NCBI RefSeq assembly: GCF_000400465.1
Contig: NW_008806275.1
Span: forward strand, 489,656 to 521,655
Origin: Wallemia ichthyophaga EXF-994
Taxonomy: Eukaryota > Fungi > Basidiomycota
Length of the DNA: 32,000 bases
Direction of reading: 5' to 3'
Shown here: positions 10,464-23,521 of the stretch, piece after piece
How the letters are laid out: each line of letters starts with the position of its first letter
Position numbering within the stretch: position 1 is the stretch's first letter
Program-made: the position numbers and the translations under genes
Notes under the pieces: generated by a model
Databases searched by the model: none
Seen by the model: only the letters and a program-made list of their open reading frames with translations
What the model was told of the DNA's origin: nothing

Positions 10464-13447
10464 ATGACGAAAGATTCGAAAGTCGCAGTTGTAGATCCAA
10501 TAAAATCAAATGATGCAGATAAATCTGATAAAGTTAATTTAAAAGACAAGCAGAAGCCCCAAGATGAGGATTTGGTGGGTGATTCGGTGACTGCAGTTCC
10601 AAGGCTGACACATAACACAGTCAGAGGAAGATTTACAGCTTAAGAATGAATTGGAAATGCTGGTTGATAGGCTTAAAGTGGGTTTCGCTGTGGACTGGTT
10701 GATGTGGCTGACGTATGTGCATTCCTAGGAGGATAACAAATCCCTATACAAGCCGGCACTTGAATCGCTGAAAACATTCATAAAGACTGCCACTTCCTCA
10801 ATGACTTCAGTTCCAAAACCACTTAAGTACCTCCGGCCACACTACCCAGATTTGCAAAACTTGTACGAGAATTGGAGTGGTAGTAATGAGAAGGTGGGCT
10901 ATATCTTTCAATCACTCGCGCAGCTAACCCATCCCAGTCTCTTTTCGCTGAAATTCTCTCTGTCCTCGCCATGACTTATTCTGATACAGGCAAGCGCGAA
11001 ACGCTGCTCTATAGAATACACGGCCACTGTACAGAATCACCTGGCTCTTGGGGACACGAGTATGTCCGTCATTTGGCTGCTGAAATCAGCGAAGTCTATC
11101 AATACCTAACCCTCCCACCCGGTGAAGTCGGTCAGACTGTCGAAGAAGAAGACCCAATTAAACCGTTCAGCAAGGCCTTAGAAGAGCTACCTCCTTCGCT
11201 TTCTCAGCCACCAAGCCAAGATCAACTTCTTGATTTGGCTATGGAATTGGTTCCTTTCTTCTTGAGACACAACGCTGAACCAGACGCTGTCGATCTCCTC
11301 CTCGAACTTGAAGCCATTGACAACATCAGCAAACACGTTGACAATGAAAACTACCAAAAGACTTGTCTTTACCTCATTTCTGTTTCTCCTTTCTTAGAAC
11401 AACCCGATGACACTCAGGTTTTGAGAGTTGCCCACAATCTCTACCGCGCCAACCAGCGTTACCCAGAAGCTATCGTTTTGGCTATGCGTTTGAACGACAG
11501 AGATCTCATCAAGTCTGATTTCAAGTCTCCTTCCAGCAAGGTAATGCAGAAGCAGTTGGCCTTCTTGCTGGCAAGACAACACGTTCCTATTGAGTGGATC
11601 AAGGATGAGGACGAGGAGATTGATGGAGAGCTCTTTGAATGTCTCTCCAATGTAAAACTTCCAGAGTATTTCAAAGAATTCGGCAAGACCCTTGGTATTT
11701 CTGAACCTAGATCCCTCGACGACGTTTACAAGACTCATCTCGAAACCCGTAACGTCAGCGTCGATTCAGCTAGAGGTAATCTTGCTGGCTCATTCGTCAA
11801 CGCTTTCGTCAATGCTGGTTTCGGTAATGACAAACTCATGGTCGATGCCGATGAGGGTAACAGTTGGATCTATAAAAACAAGGATGATGGTAAGTTTTTA
11901 TAACTTCGCGTCTATAAGGCTGACAAGACAATGAAGCTATGCTGTCCGCTACTGCATCTCTCGGTGTGTCTCTTTTGTGGGACCCAGATGTCGGTTTGAG
12001 TCACATTGATAAGTACACTTATTCCAACGAAGATCATATTAAGGTGGGTTGTTATATGTTCCATATACTCGTCTAACCAGGTACACAGGCAGGTGCATTC
12101 CTTGCCACTGGTCTTATACACAACGGCATCAAAACAGAAGTCGACGCACCACTCGCACTTTTATCTGAACAAGTTGAAAGCTCATCTATTCCAATCAAAG
12201 TATCAGCCATTATGGGATTAGGTTATGCGTATGCTGGTACACAAAGAGAAGATTTAATGGAATTGCTAATTCCTTACGCTGTCGATGAAACACTGTCTAT
12301 GGAAGTCGCATCAGTTGCTATACTTGCACTTGGATATATCTTCGTTGGAAGTTGCAATGGTGATGTATTATCATCAATCTTACAAGCTATCATGGAAAGA
12401 GATCCAAAGTCATTAGATGACAAGTGGACTAGATTCGCAGCTTTGGGTCTTGGATTGGTCTTCGTTGGTGCAAGAGATAACAGTGATGTTATAGTAGAGA
12501 CAGTCAAGACAATAGATCACCCATTTGCAAGATATGCTGAGACGATGATTGAAATATGTTCATACGCAGGCTCGTCGAATGTGTTGAAGATTCAAGAAAT
12601 GCTGCATATCTGTTCAGAGCATATAGATGGGGAAAAGTCATCAGATTTACATCAATCATTTGCAGTAATTGGTATAGCAGCTATAGCAATGGGAGAAGAT
12701 ATAGGTGCTGAGATGTCGATTAGACAGTTCAACCACTTGATGCACTATGGAGAGCCAGTGATTAGAAAGACAGTACCATTAGCACTTGGACTTATAAGTG
12801 CATCACACCCACAGATGCAACTTTTGGATAGTCTTAGTAAATATTCGCACGACAGTGACCTTTCAGTTGCATTCAATGCTATCTTTGCAATGGGATTAGT
12901 AGGTGCAGGTAGCAACAACGCAAGATTGGCGCAGATGCTTAGACAATTAGCATCATACTATGCAACCGAGCCAGACTGTCTGTTGATGGTGAGAATAGCT
13001 CAAGGAATGATCCAGATGGGTAAGGGAAGTATAGGAATCAGTCCATTCCACACTGATCGCACGCTTCTTGACAAGAATGGATTCTGTGGTTTATTGTCGA
13101 CACTGATCGCATTTACTGACGCAAAAGGATTCATACTTGACAAGGCACACTGGATGTTGTACAATCTGACCATGTCAATGTATCCACGCATGGCAATCAC
13201 GCTCGATGAAGAGCTCAACGTACTCAAGACCACGGTGAGAGTTGGACAAGCAGTAGATGTTGTAGGACAAGCAGGAAAACCACGTACTATTTCAGGATTT
13301 CAGACACACGAGACTCCAGTTAGAATGGCTAATAATGAAAGGGCAGAGTTGGCTTCTGATCAGTATCTGAGCTATAACCATGTGCTTGAGAATGTAGTGA
13401 TTCTGCGTAAAAATCCAGGCTGGGAGGATGATAATATGCAGATATAA
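10464..13447 (+). CDS. RPN1: 26S proteasome regulatory subunit Rpn1/PSMD2 (~916 aa, 6 exons)
   Basis: Exons 10464-10574, 10621-10677, 10729-10893, 10938-11889, 11937-12043, 12089-13447. [96 protein letters not shown]. Confidence 0.97.
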
Positions 13448-13821
13448 GAAGAGATGTAAGAAAATGAATGATTTGACTATAAATTTTCCGAGACTACTTA
13501 CGTCGATCTCTGAGCGAAGACTGTTCGTCGCCGATTGGCGAACCTGGAAGCGGTGCTGATAAGGGGAAAACGGGAGTTGTAGGGTTTTTTTAAAAGTGCC
13601 TAGAACGTTTTAATATTCCGATTCTGTGCGTTCTGGAGTAAAGCACAGCCCGCCAAATAAAAGGGCAAATTTTTACGAGGACGCAATGAGCTTAGGGGAA
13701 TGATGGGTATGATCAGTAGAGAAGGATTGAATTGTTATATGTTAAACAGAATGAAGTAATACGCAGCAGAGGTATTGCGGAAAAGATATTTAAAATCCAG
13801 GAGATTGCTGCGGTTGGTCGG

Positions 13822-13827
13822 TATAAA
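13822..13827 (+). promoter_or_regulatory. Candidate TATA box of the UGM gene
   Basis: TATAAA lying 56 bp upstream of the putative 5'UTR intron donor at 13884. Positional inference only. Confidence 0.5.
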
Positions 13828-13883
13828 TTGCGTCTTCCTAAGAAGGCAGCCACTTTATCTTGTACGACCAAGAGACGATTAAA

Positions 13884-15556
<1,673 letters not shown>

Positions 15557-15648
15557 ATGGATTGTAATTTGCTGTAATATAAATTAATAATATAAGTCAA
15601 ACACATGGATACTTTTCTATTTTATGTATAACAAACGAAACAAAAAAC

Positions 15649-16896
15649 CTAACGAGTCGCTTTACCTCTTCTAACTTGGGGGAATTGGAGGGGAGTTTTG
15701 AGAACAGCCCTTTTAGCAGATTTGGAGGCGTCTTGAGTTGATTCAGATTGTGTGTTGAGAGTACCAGCTTTCTCGCGCTGTGTGGCAGAGAGTGGAACAA
15801 GATTGCAACCAACAGCCTTGAAAGCGTCATTGATTTTCTGAGTAGGCATAGACAACTCCCTGGCAAGTTGCGTTGGATCTACAGAGTTATCGTCAATGTG
15901 TAACGCGAGAATGAGGATCCAGTTGATCAGCTTTGCCTGTGAGAAGGTGGTGAAGGAGTGTTTTGTAGAACCTCTACTCGATTCGGTGAACTTGTTGAAA
16001 ATCCCATCTAACAAGACAGGAGGAGGATTGTTGAGACGTTCAGCAATCTTGCTACGTGAGGATTTAGCTACACCGTTGAAGGCGAAAAGGTGGGACATGT
16101 ACACAAGCAATCTGATCTTAGACCTCGATTGCTTGTTTGATTTGCTAGCTTTGAGAGCTGTTATCCTGTCAAGAATGTAGTTATTGTTGGATTGAGTTGG
16201 GAGGAGTTGAGTGAGGAATGTTGGTGATGCGGTGAGAATTTGATCTACTTTGCAGGAATTGAATTCAGGGTCAGAGATGAGATTGGATAGGTTGTAAACC
16301 TCTTCTAAGCTACTACCCGATTCATTGTAAGTTGGCAGAGGTCTCTTTGAATCAGCAATTGCTTTAATAGAGGTGCGTGATGGGAGTACATCAGTATTTG
16401 TTGCAATGTCTTGTTGAATGTAACCAGAAACATTTGCCATAGCTTCAATATCAACGTTGTTACGTTCAGCTTCTTTGATAGCTTTCTTTGCCTTCTTTGT
16501 ACCGAAAGCATCACCGAGAGCGTTTCTGGCTTGATAACGATCATGTTGGGATTGCTGAGTGAGATGAGAAGAGGAGTGAGCAGCAGTGTTTAGATGTGGG
16601 TGTATGTGGTAGACAGTAGAGGGATGAAGAGTAATAGAAGAAGAGTGCTTCCTCTTTAACCCAATCAAGTAGCTAGAAGAGGTGGATAGAGGTTCAGAGA
16701 CGTATTCAATTTCATTGGCTGATCCAACTAGCTCAGTGTTCTTCTCGGTGCTGTCTGTGTATTGATTGAATTTGATTGAGGAAGGAGTAGAGGAGGATAG
16801 AGTGGCTAGAGGATTGTCAGAAGGGTTGTCTAAGCATTCTCATGACCCACCTAAAGAAGGACTAAAATTATTATCGAATGTAATTTCCGTGGACAT
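15649..16896 (-). CDS. RPA49: RNA polymerase I subunit A49 (RPA49/PAF53) (~400 aa)
   Basis: Exons 16851-16896 and 15649-16805; intron GTGGGT...TAG. RNALGDAFGTKKAKKAI, KLINWILILALHID, QLARELSM...DAFKAVGC, AVLKTPLQFP. Confidence 0.9.
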
Positions 16897-16913
16897 GGTT
16901 GAATTGCAACACT

Positions 16914-17814
16914 ATGGAAATCCTAAGAGTTTCTGAGATTGGCGAGTGAGTTTAACTAATAAATTACTAGTAGTCATGGCTTATTATTTAATAGCACTCA
17001 CTTTCAAATTAAATGTTCCAATAGAAATGTTAGCATATTGGTGAATGGAATTGATTGGAATCACTTCTATTGGAATCATAGTGATTGCTTGGTTGTAGAT
17101 CACTTACCTAAGAATTCAACAATCACTATCCAGCTCAAACAATCAAACAAATCTATAAACAAGAACAACGGCCTTATCATTCAATCACTCCTATCCAACT
17201 TGAAGCAAAAGCAGAAATCTGATCAACTCGAGTGCAACAACCTCAATAATCTCATAACCACTTGTTCAAATCAACTTGTTAAATCCACAAATTCAAACTT
17301 GAAGTTACAAAACAAGTTGTCGAGTTTGAGAGGGCTTTTGAATAAACTTATATCTCAATCTCATCAGCTAGACCATCAAATGCAATCCTCCACCCATAAT
17401 CACTCTCAAATAAAATCTACACACTCTCTAAGGCATCACCACTGGTTATCTTCAATTGAAAAGGTCAATCATCTTAAGCAACATCTCCACTCCAGTCAAT
17501 CTCAACTACAAACTCTCTCCCTTAAAGCTTCTAAATTGAAACAAAGAAAGCTAAAATTTTCATCTCATTCGATCCCAAATTTACAATCTCAATTAGACAA
17601 CAACAGCGCATTTAATAGACTCTACTCTTCTTCTTCCTCTTTAAACTCTCCATCTACTTTCTCCCCTTGGTCAGACACTCATCCATCCACTCAGACTGAT
17701 AGTCTGCTTCCGTTTCCAGGAACTGCTTCAACTCACATCTCCTCCTATCCCTCATTCCACCCACCAAGAACTAGAACCACTTCTCACCCTTCATTTTTTT
17801 ACAATCACTTGTAA
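16914..17814 (+). CDS. Uncharacterised protein with FN3-like N-terminus, coiled coil and Ser-rich tail (~283 aa)
   Basis: Exon 16914-16945, intron 16946-16994 (GTGAGT...TAG), exon 16995-17814, in frame with the track's 258-aa ORF. Domain call is by pattern only. Confidence 0.65.
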
Positions 17815-17840
17815 TGTCTTATTTATTGCATTTTTTTATT

Positions 17841-20800
17841 TTACATGTCATCATCCATCATCAGCTGATGTAACTCTATGTGATAGTCATTATACTCCCT
17901 CCTACTCCTGTCATTTTTATTATCAAGTTCTACTCCGTCGCCATTTTCTTCGCCGCACTGCAATTTCAAAAGACTCTCATACTCATCAAAGCTAAAGTCC
18001 ATCTTACCCGAGCGTCTGATTTCTCCCAACCACTCACTCGGCGATATCATAAACATTTCCCAGAACTTCCTCGATGCCCCAAAGTCAATTCCAACAGGCC
18101 ATGTGATGATAGTTTTGAGATTTTGCTGCAGACTGCCTATATTCCGTATCATTCTCGCCGCGCCATGACGATCGATGTAACGTATAGAGCGCGTGATAGA
18201 CATGAGCATTTTATCCATTAACATGCCCACCCCATCGAACAAGAATCGTTTTTCTGATTCAGTGAGAGTTTTAGAAGCCACATCGTCAACTTTAACGAGT
18301 TGTTTATTAATTTGCAGTATATATTCGTCAGGTCTGTTTGTATGTTCATGTTCGTGTTCATTTCTGTGCTCTCCATCATTACGCAGACCAGCATCGAAGT
18401 AGTAAACCACCATGACGCGCACCTCTAAACGCATAGTAAAGAGAATCATATCGATCAGCTGATGGTATGTTTGAAGAAGAGCCTCGAACCGCAGGATCAT
18501 ATCTCTCGTGAGCGGGAGATCGGCTTTATCAGTAGAGCTATGTGGAGCGCGTTCTGCCATAGTGTAATCTTCATCCGGGAGCAACTGCTCCGAAGCGACT
18601 TTAAGTGCTGACAATTTGACGATGAACCACTTGAGACTGCTGAAAAGGTGGCCCAGTCCTGCGAGTTTCTTCTTGGAATTCATCATATCGTCATACTGCA
18701 CTCGATTCGCATCGTTGATTCCCATCTCTACTCGACTCTCCTGGGCGCATAGATCATTCTTCCTTGATGTATCACTATCCTGTAATGAGAATGCGTATGC
18801 GGGTTAGTGTTACTGTGCTGAACGAATAACACAGTGCCAACTTACCGAAGTGGCGAGCAACTCAGTAAGACAGGCTGTCAATTCAGCCCGCTGTGCCCAC
18901 CTAGCACTGAGTTTGGGATCGTGAGGGCGTTCTGCGCTGTTGTTGCTGCTGTTGTCGCGCTCCCGGCCTACCAGATCCATGAAGCGCTCACTGCAGCGCT
19001 GGTAGTACTGGATAATGACCGTGATAATCAGCCGGCTATATGCCTCGCGGTGGAACGGTGTCGAGCGGAGCATTTCGGAGAGATGGCTGATTAGGTCTAG
19101 TAGCCCGAACACTGACTGGTGGGGGATATGTCAACTTCGCTTTTTATGCAGCTTGCGCGCTCTCACATACCTTCACTACGGGCTTAGGCGAGTCACCAAT
19201 CCGGTCCGTCTCTTCGGCGAAGGCATCCGTACTCGCAACCGCACCCTGGAATAACTCCATCACTTTGTCCTGCAGCTGCGGGAGGAACACCTTGTCAATA
19301 AATGTGTCGAGCAAACTGCGCAGGTCCGAGTGATTAGGGTGAGTGTGAGTGTGAGTGTGAACGTGTGCATTATCAGTGTGAGTACTGCCATTGTTGTCGT
19401 TGTGCAGCCCAAGTATATGCACCGCACGTTCTACAAATGCACACGCTGGCTGAAAGAGGATTGGTATATTGAAAGCATCGGATTTCGTGAGGCGAGTGTA
19501 GCTCCTATCGAACTCGCTTCTCATCGCGGCGTTTGTGTCGATGAGATTAGTGTAGAGCGACCCCGACCCGACCAGTCCTGGCATAGTAGAAGCGAGTACA
19601 TTTGACAGAGCCTCCTCGTGGCTCTTAAGACTGCGAGCCATTGCCTTCCCGTCTGTTTCAGCGAAACGGAAAAGGAATTTGGATCTATCTCGAGCCACTC
19701 CGCTGTGTCGAAGGACGTCATTGATAGACGCGACGAGGCTAGTGGCACCACTACCACCACTACTACTACTATTAACACCACCACCACCGCTAGCATTGTC
19801 AACATCGTCGTCTGTTATGAGGTAGCTCTCTATAAGCGTCGCAGCCTCACGCTGCACCAGCATCCATATCTCCTCAAGCGATAGCGTCGCCCCATGCAGA
19901 CGATGCGCAACCACACCAACCACCCGCAATCCCCGCAAAACAGCTTCAAGTTTTGAGAAAAGGGTGTGCAGAAGGTCGCGTAGTATATGAGCACCCAAGT
20001 CGAGTTCACGTGCTTTGTGCGCGTTTTCCGTATCGCTGGTGCGGAAGAGAGACGAAATAATGCCGGCAGTTACAGCTGACTGGGTGGATGGAGTATGCGA
20101 GTGCGTGTGTGTATGGGCGCGTAAACGTTCACTCCGATGGCTCACCTCGTCAACGGTGTCGCTGATCACAGCTTGGATCTCGAGCGGGAGACGCGCGGGA
20201 ATGAGGTCGAGCACATCGGGGACGCGCTGCAGTACGTGTAGAGCCTCGAGGATTGTCTGTATATAGACATAGCTGTCGCTTTCAGCCGCTGTCGGTATGG
20301 GGTTGTCGACGCTCACTGATAGATCAACAGCTGGTGACGATGGTGTGTTTACATTGTTGGGATTGGGTGATGGTATAGTGTGTTTTGTGGGAGTGGGTGT
20401 ATCGGTATCGGCCATTCTCCGCCAGTCCCTCAGCGTGCACTTGGAAAAGTTGGAGAGATAGTTACTGAAGCTCCGCTCTTGGTCGTCATCATGGCTTTCA
20501 AGGTTTAGCTCCGGCTTGTAGGCTCTCCAGAGGTTGTCTGTGTGGTATGTTTTGAGGTATACGTGGTTATGCAGCTCTTCAATCAGCAACTCCCGCAACG
20601 CGTTGTCTTGGGAGAGGAGGAAGAGTCTCAGATCGACGATAGCACCAACGTCGGTGAGACTGGGCAAGTTGACAATGGTGAGAGATTTGTTGAGCAAAAC
20701 CACGGCTTCGATCCAGCACTTATCTGTGATTAGTGATTCGAGCATGTCTGGAACGGAGCGCACAGCTTCAATCAAGTCAAGGGTGTGCATTGCCTCTTTG

Positions 20801-21267
20801 AGACTATCTCCTTTAGACCACAGGAAGCGTAGATCGTGCCTGCGGATATCAAGGCCGTCTCGTGCATCCTTGAGAGCGTAACGAGAGTCGTGGATGTCTG
20901 TAGAAGTGGATTGAAGCGAATTGTTGAATTGATCATGAGCAGCTCTAGTAGCATCAAAAGCGTGGCTATGTGAGTTCAAAATTGATTGCAAAGCCTCTTC
21001 CAAATTGTGTTTTGTATCCAAAAACGAGTGCAATGCGCTAGATTGAGAATCATCCAACAAATTCAAAGCGAGAGTGACTGGATTGAAATCTGGCTCCATT
21101 ACATAAGCCCATTCATTTCTAACATGCTTAAGTAGCTCGTTTATCTCCCCAGATGTTCCATCGTCAACATTGTCAAGCCTAGTTGAACTGCTTGTCGGAG
21201 CTTCTGTCTGCTGACGTGTACGTCGCTGTGAGCGCGCTGGACGAAAAGGCTTTTGAGCTTCGTCCAT
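17841..21267 (-). CDS. SEC8: Exocyst complex component Sec8 (~1101 aa)
   Basis: Exons 19171-21267, 18846-19115, 17841-18779. EWAYVMEPDFNPVTLALNLLD, LIEELHNHVYLK, ILFTMRLEVRVMVVYY, RNIGSLQQNL. The first in-frame ATG is 21267. Confidence 0.9.
19339..19360 (-). repeat. Coding hexamer microsatellite (His-Thr)n in SEC8
   Basis: Plus strand (gtgagt)3gtga encodes HTHTHTH. Confidence 0.85.
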
Positions 21268-21359
21268 TAGAGATGAGAGACGGGAGAGATGGTGGTGGTG
21301 GGGGTACAAGAAGTTCCTTGAATCTCAACCATCATCATCTCTGGAAATTTAAAAATCAA

Positions 21360-22148
21360 ATGTCATCGCACAAACGACAGAGATCTTCTACACCAGCTGA
21401 ATTGTCTTTACCTGGCCAGTCACTGGGACAGGGACAGTCACAAGGCCAGCAGCACCCAGGACCACCACCACCACCTTCACCAGAATCAAAGAAAGGCAGA
21501 GGTCGTCCACGCAAGTCCGATAAAGGCAAAGGACCTTCTCTATCACCAACTCTTCCCCAAAATGAATTAGAACCTGCAAACAACGCACCACCAAAGAAAG
21601 CAGAAGAAGACGACGATGATGAAATTGATGATGATTGGATGGAGGACGATGAGTTTGAGAGAGAGAGGCTGCAGTCGAAGAAAGCTAAAGAGGATTTGGG
21701 GTGAGTGATGTGTGTCTTTGGTCGATTCATTCACTCAAATTCCCTAGAATTCTTCTACAACACTTTTCCCCTGAACAGCTACAGCGTTATGAGGTTTATA
21801 GGCGTGCTGCTCTCAATAAGAGTACCATACGGAAGGTGAAATAGCCTCATTCTCATCACGCATACACTCACTCTTTCTCCCAGCTATGTAACCAGACACT
21901 CAACCAAAGCGTATCTCAAAATGTCAGCATCATTGTCTCTGGTTTCTCAAAGGTCTTTGTCGGTGAGATTGTAGAGAAGGGTGAGTTTGTGATCAATATC
22001 GTTGCAATGTCTTACGATAATCCAATTAGCACGCCAAGTCCAGCAATCTTGGGGTCAATCAGGTCCTCTCTCAGCTGATCAGATACGAGAAGCTCACCGT
22101 CTGTACCAGAAAGACAAAGGCGCGCATCGCAAGCCATTCGTGAGGTGA
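21360..22148 (+). CDS. TAF11: TFIID subunit TAF11 (~214 aa, 4 exons)
   Basis: Exons 21360-21700, 21748-21835, 21884-21980, 22030-22148. Histone fold [61 protein letters not shown]...[15 protein letters not shown]. Confidence 0.93.
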
Positions 22149-22216
22149 TTCCAGTACATATTCTATTATTTATAAAATTACATGATTAGTTTGCTAATTC
22201 TATGTCAAAAGTGATC

Positions 22217-23226
22217 TTATTTCTCACTTTCGATGATAGGCGTATTGCTGGCATATGAAGTAATCAAACTCCTCCTTTTGTCCACTTGCTTATCGCATAA
22301 CATACTCACAGCGTATAGCGATACAATAGGGGCCTGTACCATATTCAACAAAAATCCGAACACTCCCTTGAGTGCTTCTGGCCACCACGTATGCGCGACA
22401 TTCTCCCTGCCTCCGATCAACGGTGCCATAATAGCAATCGATACTGGAAACACAACGAAAAAGATGATTGCCGAGTTGAGCAAACCAGAGAGAACAGTGA
22501 AGAGGATTGATTTAGGTGAGGTCACGAACCTCTTTATCAGCCCCACTGAACCCAGCTTCTCGTCCTTGCGCGTGCCTGCCGGGATGGGGATGTGGGGGAG
22601 GAGGATTACTGCAGGAAGAGGAATTCGTTCTATCAATTGCTTTGGAATATGCAAGGCGTGCCATGGTACCCGCCTCTGTGCGTAGTAGTCGAGCGTGAGT
22701 GTTATTGTCGTGAAAAAATACGTCAATGTGCCCTGAATGAAAATTGTTACCGCTAGATCGCCACTGAGAGGACACGGGAAATACCACCACGATATCTGTG
22801 CCTGGTCTGGAGTGGGAGTGGAGTCAGCGGTCTTCTTATATTGCGCCCTGCTGCCCTGCAATCTGCGCCTTTACTCACCTTTGTACATTCCCCAAGCTGT
22901 AGTAATTGTTAGCTGGTACTTGATCTTCTGAAAATACCCGCACCTATCACGAAATTAATTCCGCCCGTGAAAAGCGACGGCAGTATCGTTTGTATTGTAA
23001 TAAGCAACAAATCCAATAGCTTGTTTTTCCTGTCTTTCTTGGGAACATCTCCCAGTCTATTCATCGCTTCCTCTCTGTCCAAATGGTGTTGGTCTGTGGC
23101 TGCAAAAGACAGTGTGCTACCATCTGATGGTGCGCTGACGGTAATGGGCGATGGTGTTATTCTGTGGCTGTAGGGGTGGCTGTCTCTGTTTACCCCGATT
23201 CGTTCTTCCTCACTGACCAGCTGCAT
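22217..23226 (-). CDS. Uncharacterised multi-pass membrane protein (~296 aa, about 4 TM segments)
   Basis: Exons 22944-23226, 22879-22896 (18-nt micro-exon), 22217-22806 join as GGINFVIAWGMYKDQAQISWWYFPCPLSGDLAVTIFIQ. This resembles a conserved fungal hypothetical family I recall but cannot name reliably. Confidence 0.8.
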
Positions 23227-23461
23227 CTTCTATGATCACTGTTGGAACGGAAGAGTAACTCGAGCGCTCGGTAGCGATATGATGTCATCGGCATATCAAT
23301 CGCATTCTTTCTGCTAGCAAGCTACGCACTGACAGCATTGAAGATCTCGCTTTCTATCCCTCTTTCTCCGATCATTTCTACCTCTCTCCTTGGCTTTTCC
23401 GTAGCTTGTGCAGATTTCGCAGCCGTGGCGCAGATCATTTCGCCGCTTTTGTATATTTTAG

Positions 23462-23521
23462 CTAGTAGAAACAAGTCACATTAGCTCACACATAATCGGC
23501 ATGCTTGCATGTTTCGCTCAC
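23462..23521 (-). other. Putative 5'UTR intron (60 nt) of the membrane-protein gene
   Basis: GTGAGC donor at 23521, GCTAAT branch at 23480-23485, TAG acceptor at 23462-23464; size fits the local intron range. Confidence 0.5.
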
